The position numbers and the translations under genes were made by a program. Positions 39,681 through 52,769 of a stretch of 64,000 bases of DNA are shown one piece after another (position 1 is the stretch's first letter; the number at the start of each line of letters is the position of its first letter). Origin of the DNA: the human T2T-CHM13v2.0 reference genome, Homo sapiens; NCBI RefSeq assembly GCF_009914755.1, contig NC_060926.1; one strand, 5' to 3'. The notes beneath the pieces are model-generated. The model searched no databases. It saw nothing but the letters and a program-made list of their open reading frames with translations, and was not told the DNA's origin.

Positions 39681-42600
39681 TGGGTAGGTGGAGTGACTTC
39701 CCATGAGGAAGGGTGTAACAGCTGCACACAACTCAGGGGATGTTGTGCCACCTGGTGGGGGTTGCTTGGTGACAGCTTAGCTTCAGGGATGAATGGGAAA
39801 ATATAATACATAAAATTATTTTAATATTAAAAAGTATCAATAATACTTTTTATAAACTAAGTGTGAGACTGAATTTGGGGAGAGGGTAAATTACATGCTT
39901 TGTCTTTTGTCCAAATGTCTTCAAGGGCTTCTTTATGTTTTATGATAGATACATAGAGCCACTTAAAAATTAGTGCATTAAACTTGTGTTTGGCATCTTG
40001 GTTGAAAGCTTTTTAGGCCTAATGTCTTTAATAGGTTTCTATTTTTGTATAGTCAATTCTATTGCTTGTTTTTCTTGTTATTTATTCAATTTTGGTTAAG
40101 CTTAAAAAAATCTTTACACCTCTGAAGTTCATATTAATATTGCCCATATTTTTCTCTGTTTTATTATTTGAATATTTAACCTTTGATCTTAAAATATATT
40201 TTGTCGTATGGCTTGAGATAAACAGCTAAGTCTCTTTTTTCCTTCTCCTTAAAAACAGTCATTAATAAACAGTTTAACTGAATAGGGAGATATTTTAAAG
40301 TGATGGCATAGCTCATTATGTCAGTCCTGGATGAGGTTCCATCTTGGAGAAACTTGGATTAAAAAAAGGTCAGCAAAGGACATTGGGTTACATTGGAGGT
40401 TAGGAGAGTGATAAATAATATCCTGCCACCGTTTAATGACTCTGTACAATGTGTCAAGCAGTTGGATAATTGGTATTCACTTGTTATTTTCACAAAAATC
40501 TCATTAATTGTATTTTATTATCTTCATTTAAAAGATGTCCAGAGATGTTAGCAGATTAGTAGCTTGGTAGATTTGTTCAAGCTGCAGAATGTTAGAACTA
40601 GTATACATAAAGCATGTACTTTTAACTTTCAATTTATTTTATTTTACTCTAAGTGCTGTGTGATTAAATTTTTTATTTCAAAAATTCACACAATACAGAA
40701 CTATACAAAATTAAATATTTAAATATATCTTTATTTTCCTCCATTTTGTGCATAAATAGAGGCTTATTCATTCAACAAATATTTATAGAATGACTATCAT
40801 ATTCCAAGCCCTTCTTTAGATTGCCTCTGATTTCATGGAGCTTGTATTCTTATATTGTTCTAAACTTGTAGGGTTTTTAAGTTAGAAAAACTTGTTTTGA
40901 AATATTGCATATCTCTGTTTATATTCTTATACCTATATGTATTTATGTCTGTGTGTATATATATATATGTATGTATGATTACCTTCCGAAACTATTTCTT
41001 GAAGTTCTTATCAATATTGTGGACAAGTTCTAATTTCCCTTCATTTTTACAAAAATGGATTTTTATCAGCCTCTTAAATTTTGCCAATCTAACCTGTGAA
41101 AAATGATGTCAATACATTAATTTACATTTTCCTGATTACTTCCTATGCTACCTCCTTTTTTTCTCATATAAAAAGTTAATGGAATGAACTTCAGTTAAGA
41201 TGATGTAATTCAGGAACCAAGCACTCAAGTTGTTTGGTTCTCGGCCAAACCACTCGACATCATCTCCTTGGATTTGTTCTTTTCTGCCCCTGGATGAAAG
41301 GAGGGGCTGACTCCATGGATTTTCTTGGTTATTTCAGTCTTCAGGACATTCTCATCTCAGTAGTTTCAGAAACTCTTTGTAATGTAAGATCAACACTAGT
41401 GCTCATTGTTCAATTTAAAATTCTTCCCCTTTCCCAGCTGCACATTTCCTACATGAAGAGGGCACAGCTTATATACTCACTTTTTCCTTCTACTGTCTTC
41501 CCCGCTCTCAATATGGTTTTCCTATTTTTATTTGTATTTTAAATCTCTCAGTATATATTTTTTTATAGAATCAATATTTCCTTTTAGTTACCCACTTAGT
41601 TATCATGTTTATTATACAGTTATGGCATTCTTCCTGAATTTCCATGCTCTGTCAAGCATCACATTTCTTTTGCCTCAATAAATTGGTTTCATCCTTTCTT
41701 CTTTTTAGTTTGATTGGCTGGCAAGAAAATGTATTTCTTTTTCATTGTCTGAAATTGTTTTTATTTGCCTCCCATTCAGCCTTTAGCAAGTGATTTTTGT
41801 TTTCTAGCTTCTATCATTACTTTGAAGAAGTCAATATACAGTTGAATGTTGCTTCTCTTAAGGTAAAATTTTATTTATTCTATGTTTTCTTTGTATTTGT
41901 ATAGTTTTACTGTAATGTACTTAGTACAAATTTCTTTGTATTTTTCTTGGAGTACATGATGCTTCCTGAATCTGTAGCTTCATATCTTTCAACAATAATG
42001 CAAATTTTTAACTGTGCTATTTTTCAGCATTACTCCTGAGCTGTTTTCTCTCATTTGGCCTTATTACATGTTTGATCTTTCTATCTTGTACTAATGATTC
42101 TGAAAGTCTGTATTTAATAACTGAACTATCTGAATCACCTGAAGACCTTTTCCTTTAACTGATATTGTCTCAGACTGCCTTCAAATATGCTTATATACTA
42201 TTTTTTGAATGACTCTCGGGCATTAAAAATTAGTAACTGTAAGGGATCTAAATTATGCTGTATTCCATCAAAAAAGATTTTATTTATTTTCTTCTAGGTA
42301 GTTAAAGTAGAATCAGATCAGATCTCAATATAAGCAAGATAAAGTTTATTTGTAATTAGTTTTTAGTCTCTGTAAATTTTTCTATTTCCAAATTGCTTTT
42401 ACTCTTAGAGAGCAGTCTTTAACTTATCTCAACTGAAAACTTGAGATTTCACAAGAATGTCCATTTTAGTGGATCTGTATTCCATTTTTGTTTCTCCTGT
42501 AGATAAATTTGCTTGCCTTTACAGCCTCTTAGTAGCTTCGTTTTGCCCAACATCTCTGTCTCTTAGGCTGAGCTGCGTAAGAATCAGTGATGCTTTGAGG

Positions 42601-43879
42601 AGAATAGGGGATCAGACTGTTGAGTTTCCTTCACTGCACTTCTCTTCACTCCTGGATTATGGACTCACGAATCACAACTTGTTGGTATCCCTGAGCTTTA
42701 TTTTTTATTGTTTTTTTGTTGTTGTTGTTTTTTGTTTTTTTGGTTTGCAATATCCATAAAAGCTCTGCAAAAATTTTCTACTGTCTAGTATCTTAGCCCC
42801 TCACATTTATGCTGCCTTTATATTTCTCTGATGCCTTCAATCCGGAGGTTTTGTATTTATTTATTTATTTTTTTAATAGTTATTTTTCCTGAGAGCAATG
42901 GTCTGCTAATGGTCTGCTCTTCTTCCTGAGGGCAATGTACAGGATAATGTATCCTAACTGCAAGCATACAGATTCCCTTTTAAGACAATACCAGTCTGGT
43001 TATCTTCCCCATGGTCCACATATATCCAACTAGAAGCCCTGGGCTGGTATGAGGAAGGCTCTGAGTCTCACTCAGAAGGCGACCCAGACCCTAACAACTC
43101 TCTCCTGAGAAATTTTCCCTGAGGCAGCTTCAAACTTAACCTCTCATCCAGACTGGTGATGGCTGCTTGGGTTACCGTTAGCAGAACACATTTTTGGCTG
43201 GCACCTTTGCAAATCTCTTCAGAGCAATTCTATTCAGAATGAGTGATATCTAATACCCCTTGTTTTGTCTCAGTTTAATGAGTTTCTCTGGAAACTTTGA
43301 GATAACAAAAGAAGTTATAATTATCACTCTTGTTACATATTTGTTGCCTGTTTTAAATTCTCTGTGAACTACCTAGTCATAGCCCTTAATTATTTTCTTC
43401 TGCTACCTTTTTTTCCCTATTTTAAAAGTTGGCTTTAGGTGCTTTTTATTTAATGCTAAATATTTTGCAAATATATATTTGTTTGTCACGTATTTAACTT
43501 TGTTAACGATATATTTTTCTATAAGTGGATAGCCACTTTCACAATGCTACATTCTAAGTGGTTTACCCTTTCACAGCTATATCCAATCTCTCTTTTGTCT
43601 TAAACTGTATTCAGTTTATTTCCTGGGATTTTAAGGAAACATTTAGTAGCATCTAAGATAGTGATATTCTTATCTTTCCCGATAAGTATACTTCTTATGT
43701 TTTATACTTTTTAATTTTATTTACCATATTAAATGTAAATAGAAAATGTTGACTATAACAGTGCTTACTATATATAATAGCATTTTTTCTCTTCTTAATA
43801 ATGGTATTGTCTTTTTTCCTTTTTAATTGTAATGTTTCTAATAAGCCAATATTCTACATCTGTTAAGATAACAATGGGA

Positions 43880-44101
43880 ACAGTCACGGTGGCTCGCACC
43901 TATAATTCCAGCACTTTGGGAGGCAGAGGTGAGCAGATTGTTTGAGCCCAGGAGTTTGAGACCAGCCTGGCCATCACGGCAAAATCCATCTCTACAAACA
44001 AACATACAAACACCACAAAGCAAGAAAAAACTATCAGGGCATCATGGTGCCCATCTGTAGTCCCAGCTACCCCGGAGACTAAGGAAAAAAAAAGAAAAAA
44101 A
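43880..44101 (+). mobile_element. AluJ with a shortened right arm
   Basis: The left monomer is complete (ttgagcccaggagtttgagaccagcctgg). The right arm stops at cccggagactaagg and runs straight into an A-tail. Confidence 0.88.
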
Positions 44102-44484
44102 TATAAAACAAGGATTTTTTTCTTTTAATCTCAATGTAATGAGTTACTTTTTTATATGCTAAACTAGTCTTGACACTCTTTTTCATTGATTGATCATGAT
44201 TTCTAATATTTTAAAACTTTTATATTTGTATTTAGAACTAAGAGCAATTTGAATATTTATTTTTTGTGCTATGCTTGCCTTCTTTAGGAACTGTGATAAA
44301 GTAAGGTTTAGAGATTGTGTTGGAATGCTTTTCATCTCTTCACTGCTTATTTTCTGAAGTGGTTAATATAACAAAAGAATATGTCTGTTACATATCACTG
44401 ATAAAATGCACTTAGCCTAATTCCTATATTAGAGATTAATGTTTAATCTATATCTTCATTTTCCTCCAGGTATGCTGTGTTTAG

Positions 44485-44919
44485 TTCCTTTTCTTGTTAT
44501 ATTTGTAAATTTTGCTTTTCTATGAAATCACCCATGTGATCTAGATTTGAAAATGTGTGGGCACCTGCAGCAATTCCAGACAATTTAATCAAACAATTAA
44601 AAGTACTCTCAAGACTCTACAAGGTATATTCAGATAAGACTTTAGTAAAGACAAAGGATATGAAAAATTTTCATGTACATTAACTTTTCTTTCCATCCCA
44701 TTTGCCATACTACTAATTTTGGTCACATGAAATTTTATTTCCCAGTGACTACTTTTTCATATTACTCATTAATAATTATTTAAATATAAATATATTGGAA
44801 GATTCATTTTTAACTAATATTTCTTGTATTCCATGCTTTTTATCTACCTTGGATCTTTAATTCATATGCTTATAAATAGCTTCAAGTAATTACTTCATCC
44901 AGGGTGTGAGTTTGTTAAA
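44485..44919 (+). repeat. Local direct duplication, copy 1
   Basis: Aligns colinearly with 46613-47055 (offset ~2131), e.g. gatctagatttgaaaatgtgtgg.cacctgcagcaattcca and cttcatccagggt.tgagtttgttaaa. Confidence 0.92.
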
Positions 44920-46464
44920 CTTTCTAAATCCTTGCGTATTCTAAAGTGTTCTTATTTTTCCCTCTCATTTGTATGTTGATGTGGGTATAGTTACTCTAGG
45001 ATCACTTTTTTTGGTTAGCATTTTGAAAATGTTGCTCTACTGCATTCTATCATTCAGTGTTGATAATAAAAAAATGTGATGCTCATCTGATTTTTAAATT
45101 TTATTTTCTGAAATTGTTCTGGGTGTTCCTTTTATCTTTCTTAATTTGAAATTTCACCATAGTATTTATTTTTCTCTGGGGGTTAAAAATGCTTTGTTGA
45201 GCTTGGTCCTTCCACTTCATATTAATGGTTGCAGAATACTTGCCTATCTATCGAGTTTGATTTCTGATTCCTAGTAGATCTAGCTGTACTATTTTCAGCA
45301 ATGTGTTTCTGTCAGTTGTCAGTGGCAGGCCACCAGCTTACAAAAGTGTGTGTGTAGACTTCCCATCTTCCTGTGGTCAATAGTTACCACAGATGTGACC
45401 CTGCCTCTTTATCCTCACTGTCCCTCGTCTAACCTATATGCACATGGTACAGCAACCTGCTGTAGCACATGTAGAAAGGGGCAAATGCCACCTGGCCTAG
45501 CTACTTCAAATATCATTCCTATATTAATTGCCATGATAAATATCTCAGTAACTCTTTTTTCTTAGATCCATTTTATACACTCTGAGATTGGCAGCCCTGG
45601 AGTCTCTCCCACCGCTGTAAAAGACTTCCAGGCATTTAAATCATGGTTTTCTGAAATGTTTGTTTCTCCATGGGTTACATCTTTCAACAGTGCTTCAAAG
45701 GATTCCTGTTCTGTCGATGGCTCTCTTTGTTTTGCCCTCCTCTTATTGATTTTTTTCTTTTTTTTAATAATCCAATATATTATTTCATGCTATTTGTAAG
45801 TGCAGGGATGGCTTTGAAACCAGTATTTAAAAGGCAAAGTTTATGTTAAGTACCAGAAAATGGCAGGGAGGAGCAGCAGAGAAGTGAGGTATGGAAACAA
45901 TGCAAATATATTTCTTCTGTGTCAAGATTTTGAAAGGCGGATAAGCCTATCCACTATTAATTTTGCCTTTCCATTATCTTACCTTATTTTTAGCTATTTT
46001 AGCAAAGATCCTTATTTGATCTCATCCACATTGCAACATTTAATATCAGCACAGTCTGTGGAGTCAAATATCCTGATTATAAGATTACTGATGAAAAACA
46101 ATGTTTTTCAAGGTGCTTTTATTTACTCTGAGACATGAGTATGATTATATCTTTAAAAAATTACCAAAATTTACAGTCCTCCAAGTCTACCAAGGCATTC
46201 TCCATATCAGTAAGCTGTAAGCAGTACAAAAAGAATCTGTCCAGGAGTGATTTCTACCCAAGGAACTAGACATTTCTTTTGTATTTAAAACCTAGTATTT
46301 TTTTTTCATGCATAGCTTGCTTTAAAAAAATCATTAACCTCCTGGGTTTCTATTTTTGTTTGCTTGCTGCACAATTAACAGTTTTTAAAAGTTAAACGTT
46401 ATCTCTAATATAATTTTAGCCTCTTTCTATTTTGCTGTGAAACATGATTGTGACCTGCAGTATT

Positions 46465-46612
46465 TAGACAAGAATTAAGCTAGATGCAAGGAAGAATTTG
46501 TTTTAGGTGAAGTTCCTGATCTCTGAAAGTGATGGAATCTCATCTGAATGTATTTAAATCTTGCACAATTGTCATCTGATTGTTTTTAAGGGAGGTTGAA
46601 GGTTTAGATATA
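46465..46612 (+). mobile_element. L3/CR1 3' fragment
   Basis: aattaagctagatgcaaggaagaatttgttt...gtgatggaatctcatctgaatgtatttaa...gtttagata. Confidence 0.5.
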
Positions 46613-47055
46613 TTCTCTCCTCTTTAGTCATTTTGGTTAATTTTACTTTTTTATGAAATCACCTATTTGATCTAGATTTGAAAATGTGTGGCCACCTGCA
46701 GCAATTCCATAGGATCAGACAATTAAAGGCATTCCCAAGACTCCACAGGGTATATTCAGATTATGTTCAGATAAGACTTTAATAAAGACAAAAGATATAA
46801 AAGATTTACATACACATTAACTTCTCTTTCTATCCCATTTTCAATACTATGGATTTTGGTCACATAGAATTTTGTTTTACAATGACTTTTTAAAAATATT
46901 ATTCATCAATAATTATTTAAACACAAATATATTCAAGGATTCATTTTTTAACCAATATTTTTTGTATTGCATGCTTTTATCTACCCTAGATCCATAATTT
47001 ATATGCTTAAAGTAGTCTCAAACCATCTCTTCATCCAGGGTATGAGTTTGTTAAA
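46613..47055 (+). repeat. Local direct duplication, copy 2
   Basis: Roughly 80% identical to copy 1 by eye. Confidence 0.92.
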
Positions 47056-47079
47056 GTCACAACTAAAGAAACCTGGCTT

Positions 47080-47503
47080 ATCGTTGTCTTATACTGAAAG
47101 TACAGAGGTAGAGGAGGCAGTTCCAGATTCTCTTGGATATGCCTTACTCCATGCTATGACTTTAAGACTCAAGTATAAATTGTCATAACACTTCAAGACA
47201 TTTCATCCAACCACACCAATGTCCTAAAGAAGAGGCCAGATCTTCCTGTGTCACTTTCCTAAAAGACATAGTGAAGACTAGCCTGAATGCCTAGTTAGCT
47301 GGCTTTGCACATTTCTAGACCAATCACTAGCAAAGACAGTGGAATTTTTATGATTAGCTTAGACAACATAGAATCCCTAAGATGGGATCCATTTCCCCTG
47401 ACCCATTGCCATTATGGGGAATTGGTGGCTCTGTGAATTTTGTTAGGTAAGAAGAAGGAGATAGGATGGATATTGAGTCAGAAACCTAAAAGTGTCTGCT
47501 CTA
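47080..47503 (-). mobile_element. Old MaLR LTR (MLT1M/N-like)
   Basis: gaggcagttccag, tctagaccaatcactagcaaag, tgattagcttagacaa and ggatggatattgagtcagaaacctaaaagtgtctgctcta. Confidence 0.6.
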
Positions 47504-49081
47504 TCTTAGTAGAAGAAAACAAACTGAATTTGAAAGTTTTAGTGGTAATTTTTTTAATTTAAAAAGTTTGGTGATATTAGAAAACATAATTTGTTAAATC
47601 TAACAATATCTAAAGGCAATTAATAAAGAAGAGAACTTTATACATTTTTAAAGCCAATGATACATTTTAAAGAGCATGGCTTATAAAATTAAATGATGTT
47701 GATAAAATATTGGTGAGTAAGGTAGAGTATTATGTAACTTATGTCATCTAGATATGTTACAAAAAACACATTAATATAATTTTCAATGATAGGTTGAAGC
47801 ACTTTCACTGTTTTCTTCCAATTATTATTTACTTTCTGAAGTTCCTGTATATACTCAAGTAACATAATTGCATATGGAAAAATATGTGCCATTATAGGGA
47901 AAATAGCTCACAAAATATGTTAAAAAGCAAGTATACTTTTGATATAAAAAACAAAACATTACTGGAGAGAGAAATAATATTATTTCTCCTAATTTTCAGA
48001 AAATCAACAACTTCTTAGGGCACCTAAGGTATAATACTTAAATTCTTAGGAATTTCATCAAATTTCTTGGAATTAGATTTACAGAAAATATTTGGAAAGA
48101 GCTGTAATAAATAATCTCAATAATGTTACTATATCACTATAGTTCTATTATTGTTGCTTTTTTTTCTAAGCAAAGGATGTTAATTATTTTGGAATGCATG
48201 AAGTTTAGAAACAAGAACTTGTCCTCAGCTAAATTTGGTAGCTATCTTTTTAGCCCAAATATGAAAACGTACATATGATACTCTATAATTGAGTATCTCC
48301 CAAATACTGCCAGGTACTCAATTTCTCTGCTCTGTGATTTAGAGAGGTGCATTTCTCCGCACGTCTCTGGAAAAATGGTAGTGTATGTTTAGTTTCATTC
48401 AGAATAAGCTTTATGGAGGTTAATCTTTTTTTGCACATTCTTAACACTGTATGTTTTGATTAATATCAATTTTAATAAAATCTAGTGAAGCAGGGAGGAA
48501 GCTTCACTAGATTTCACTGTGATCATGAAGAGAGAATGGGGATTAGCTATCAGTGCTGCCAGTGCAGCCCAGAGACCGACTTGGGCAAAAGTGTCAAAAT
48601 AACCACATATTTGTCTTTAGTGATGAACATCCAAATTGTATTGTAGTCTTCATGTTAAATAATCTTGACAGGACTTATTAGTATTTTTACCATTTTCATT
48701 AGCATAAAGCCATGGTTCTAGTGTTGGTAACTTACAGGATGAGGGGAATGCTTACAGTGAAGATTTGCTTCAAGATAAAGCCCTTTTCACATTGGAGACA
48801 TTGCACCTTAAAGTGACTGCTTTTGGTAAATGAAACTATATAATTTGCCAAAACACTCACAAAATATACTGTCTTATATGAGTTCATTGAAAATGGTGTC
48901 TCAAAGTGGTATTTATTTGAAGTTCTTTGGCATGACCTTAGTTGTTTTGAATTCCACCCAAATGTGAAGCATGATAACAATTCTCAGATTTATTCCCAAG
49001 GAATTCCCATGATGGTAAAGGAACTGTGCTTAGCATGGTGCCTACAAAATACTCGTTACATATTTTTAAAAATTAGAATAA

Positions 49082-49384
49082 GGCTGGGTGTGGTGGCTCA
49101 TGCCTGTAATCCCAGCACTTTGGGAGGCTGAGATGGGTGGATCGCTTGAGCCCAGGAGTTTGGGACCAGCCTGGACAACATGGCAAAACACTGTCTCCAC
49201 AAAAAATGCAAAAAATTAGCCAGACATTGTGGTTCATGCCTATAGTCCCAACTATTCAGAAAGCTAAGATAAGAGAATTACCTGAGCCCAGGAGGCAGAG
49301 GTTGCAGTGGGCCAAGATCGTGTCACTGCACTCCAGCCTGGGTGACAGAGCGAGACTCTGTCTCCAAAAAAAAAAAAAAAAAAA
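49082..49384 (+). mobile_element. AluJ, full length
   Basis: ggctgggtgtggtggctcatgcctgtaatcccagcac...gatcgcttgagcccaggagttt...ctgtctcc followed by a pure A-tail. Confidence 0.96.
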
Positions 49385-49789
49385 GGAAAGACCATCAGGA
49401 ACCAAAAGAAAATCAGACACATCGTGAAGATGCTGCCTTTAGCAATGAAGATGTCTTTAGTTCATGCAGAATTTAAAATGAATGCATGTTTTAAGATATA
49501 TATATATTTTAAAAAATTATAATAAAATCATTTGGTTACATTTGTTTCTAAAATCTAAGTTGTGGTTCACAAAATTTAGTATAAGAAAGACTTAACTGAG
49601 AATTAGGTGAAAATGCTTATTTCTTGGATAATGAAACATTGTCATCTATTCTGATCCAGTGGGTCTGAGATTAGCAGAAAATCTAAACCTTTTAACAAAC
49701 ACTCTTGTTGATTATGAAACAAGTGGTATGTTTAAAAAAATGAGATGAAATGATGGAACACTGTCACACTTCTTAGATCTTATAGGATC

Positions 49790-50836
49790 AGACAATATTT
49801 GACTGCAAATATGCACCAGTTTTCAAGAAAAGGGAAGAATGATCCTAAAGGTGATTCAGAGGTCATCAGGGCTGCCTCCTTGGTTTCAAAAGGTAGGACT
49901 TTACCTCAGTTTCAACAAACCAAAGAGCCTCTGACCAAGCAGTGCCTTGGTGGCAGGGCTGCCTAGAGCCATAGGGGTGGGGCCCACATCTTATAAAGCC
50001 ATTGGAGTGGAACTGCTGCCCCAGAGTGTTAAGAAAATGGTACCACCTCCTCAGTGGACCTGGAAGGTAGTGCAACAAGTCAAAGGGAATTATTCTTGTG
50101 CCTTAAGACCTAATAGAATTTGCCTGGCTATGTTTTGAAATTGCTTGAAACCCATCATCCCTTCTTTCTTTTCTATTTCTTCCATTTGGAATGGGAGTGT
50201 CTATCTATTTGTACCCCACTATGGTATTTTAGAAACACATACCTTGTCTGGTTTTACAGGTTCAAAGCTGGAGAGGAATTTTGTCTCAGAATGAATCACA
50301 CCTTGAGTCTCACCAATATCTGATTTAGATGATAAGTGGATGAGACTTTGGACATTAGAGTTGACGCTGGAATAAAGTAAGAATTTAGGGTCTCTTGGAA
50401 TAGAATATATGTATTTTTTGTGTTAGAAAAATATGAATTTGGGGCACCCAGTGACAGAGCATTATAGACTGAATGTTTGTGTTGTCCAAAACTCATGTGT
50501 GGAAACTCTAATCCCCAATGTTACGGTATTTGGAGAAAGGGCCATTGGGAAGTAATTAGGGCTAGATGAAGTCAAGAAGGTGGGTCTTTCCTGATGAAAC
50601 TTGTGCACTTATAAGAAGAGACATCAGAAAGCTTGATCTATCGCCCTCTGTGCGCACATAGATGTGATGTCAGAACACAGTAAGATGACAGCTATCTACA
50701 AGCCAAAAGACGATATCTTAGAATGAAAATGTCCTTGCTGGTATCTTGATCTTGGACTTTTGAGCCTCCAGAACTGTGGGAAATAAATTTCTGAGCCACC
50801 CAGTATTTTGTTAGGCAGCCTGAGCAAACTAAGGCA
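49790..50836 (+). mobile_element. MLT1A-type MaLR: internal 3' part (~49790-50459) and 3' LTR (50460-50836)
   Basis: Internal ccatttggaatgggagtgtctat and gatgagactttggac. LTR tatagactgaatgtttgtg...cctccagaactgtgggaaataaatttctg...gcagcctgagcaaactaaggca. Confidence 0.87.
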
Positions 50837-51454
50837 ATCTATAAGATATTGGACACACATAGCTTTGCACAGAAGCTAAAAAGAATGGATGATGGGGAAA
50901 AAAAGAATTTATTTAGCTCTTAGTTTGACATGCTAGTAAGACATAACAAAGGTTAAGAGGAAATACCCTTAAATCATGTTGAGACTACCTTCTGTTAGCC
51001 TGGGACATTCTAGAGTTAGACGTAGTTGTAGACGTAAGATAGTTTAAATTTTTTTGTTTGTTTTTACAGAGGATGTATTTTTTTAACTCATAAATGTCTA
51101 CAAATAAATATGGTTCATAGGAAAATGAGGTGACTATTTCTCTTACTATAAATTTCATAATCTAACAAATTCTGAAGTTCTGGTTGACAACTCATGTTTT
51201 TATATAGAAAAAGATGTTCTCTCTTTCTCGAAAATTATTTTCTAAGTTCCCACCCCAATTTTTAATATACAAACTTGGCAAATATATTCACTAACTCATC
51301 CATACATTCCTTCAATAAATAACCTGCTCATGGTAAGCTCTTTGTTAGATAATAAGGCTTCTAAGTATCTTAAAGATCTATCCTTCCAGAAGGTTTACAG
51401 GGAGACTATGGTAGAGAAGGTCTTATATTTAAGTGATTTGTAGACGTAAGTTTT

Positions 51455-52258
51455 ATTTGAAGGACTAAATTATAAATTGATTCACAGAAAACTCACAAAG
51501 TTTGTAAGTGGATTGTATTATCATAAACTGAAAGAAATAGAAAAAAAATAAAAAAAGAAAACAGGTGTTTGGGTGCCCAAAACTTACATGGGCAAAAAGC
51601 AGGTTGAGATAATTACTTAGCTACAAACAGGTGCTTTTGTGGAAAAGAAAGGCTAACTCAAAAGGCACAACCAGGAGCCCAGAAGAGAGAGTGAAGGCCA
51701 CGGAGAACACCTCCCAGCCAGTAAACAACTAATTAAGGAATTGGCAACATATACCCAACATGTCTGAATTGCTATGAAATAATGACTTTTGTGTAACTCA
51801 GGTTTTTTCCTTTTTGAATGGGAGTGGCTATAGCATTTAATCTACGCTTCTTTCACCATTGCATGTTGGAGGCACTAGGGGAGGAGTTGTCATTTTAGTT
51901 CACACGACTTCCAGTTGAGAGGAATGTTACTCAAAGTGTTATGCTTGAGTAGCCTCATCTATAGAGCTTCTTTTACACCTAAATATGATTTAGGTGACAT
52001 ATCTTGGACTTCTAAGTGACACTATAAAGGATGAGGCTCAGGGAGTTTGTAGAGGAAGGAGGATAAATACATTTTATACTTCAGAATAATGTAAATTTTT
52101 GTGGCCAGAGGACAGTTTGCTCAAATTGCGTTTTCCAAAAACGGCATAAATCATCTCCCATCAGACATGCTGTTTTTACTTTGTGACCTTGTCACTCCTC
52201 CATCAAGAGGTAGATTCCATAATCCCTTTCTCTGAACCTGAAAGGACAGTATGACCAC
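51455..52258 (+). mobile_element. MLT1H/G-type internal fragment and the first ~140 bp of its LTR
   Basis: Internal ttttgaatgggagtggctatagc and PPT-like gtggccagagg. LTR ttttccaaaaacggc...tgtgaccttgtcactcctccatcaagaggtaga. Confidence 0.75.
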
Positions 52259-52560
52259 TAATAGGGTTTGGCTCTGTGTCCCCACCCAAATCTCATCTTG
52301 AATTGTTCTCCCATAATGCCCACTTGCTGTGGGAGGGACCCGGTGGGAGATAATTGAATCACAGGGGTGGTTCCCCCATACTGTTCTCGTGGTAGTGAAT
52401 AAGTCTAATGAGATCTGATGATTTTATAAGGGGTTTTCACTTTTGCTTCTCTCTCATTCTTTCTTGCCACAGCCATTTAAGAAGTACCTTTTGCCTTCCG
52501 CCATGATTGTGAGGCCTCCCCAGCCACATGGAACTGTAAGTCCATTAAACCCATTTTTCT
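52259..52560 (+). mobile_element. THE1 (THE1C-like) LTR, 3'-truncated
   Basis: ggtttggctctgtgtccccacccaaatctcatcttgaattgt...ccatgattgtgaggcctccccagccacatggaactgtaagtccattaaacc. Confidence 0.93.
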
Positions 52561-52769
52561 CAAGTATAAACCTCAGTATTGTGGAACCAAAATTGGGGTC
52601 AAATTTTTAGGCATTTCTGAGAATCAGCCTAATGAGCCCATAAATCATTTATAGAGCTTATCCTGCATACTAAGAACAGGAAATTTGTGATTAAAAAGTA
52701 CAAATTATTTTATGCTTTGTAAAATTATACTACATATTAGGAAAGCAAAATGATGAAGTTTTGTCTTTG

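Larger units (their letters stand above)
34475..39790 (-). mobile_element. Ancient L1MA (MA4-6-like 3' end, L1M2-type 5' end) with internal deletions at ~35015 and ~37965; hosts an L1HS and a Tigger2a
   Basis: 3' UTR ttgacacataataattatacatatttatggagtacag, antisense ORF2/EN out to ~37965 (LKHSPTVCCLQKTLH in ORF 37907-38167), then a G-rich repetitive 5' region. Confidence 0.87.
39900..45800 (-). mobile_element. Mosaic of highly decayed L1ME/L1M4/HAL1 fragments, with small MIR (~40410-40630) and L2 (~40765-40855) pieces
   Basis: T-rich antisense L1 motifs (ttgaagaagtcaata, gatgcttcctgaatctgtagcttcatatctttcaacaat, tttgaaaatgttgctctactgcattcta). Boundaries are uncertain. Confidence 0.6.

Noticed and set aside
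51026-51450. 13-bp direct repeat ttgtagacgtaag (51026-51038 and 51438-51450) with a T-rich run inside, suggesting a retroposed insert with TSD
   Set aside because: The T-run is separated from the left repeat and is impure, and the interior contains an old L2 piece. One 13-mer match at this spacing is plausible by chance in 64 kb of AT-rich DNA.
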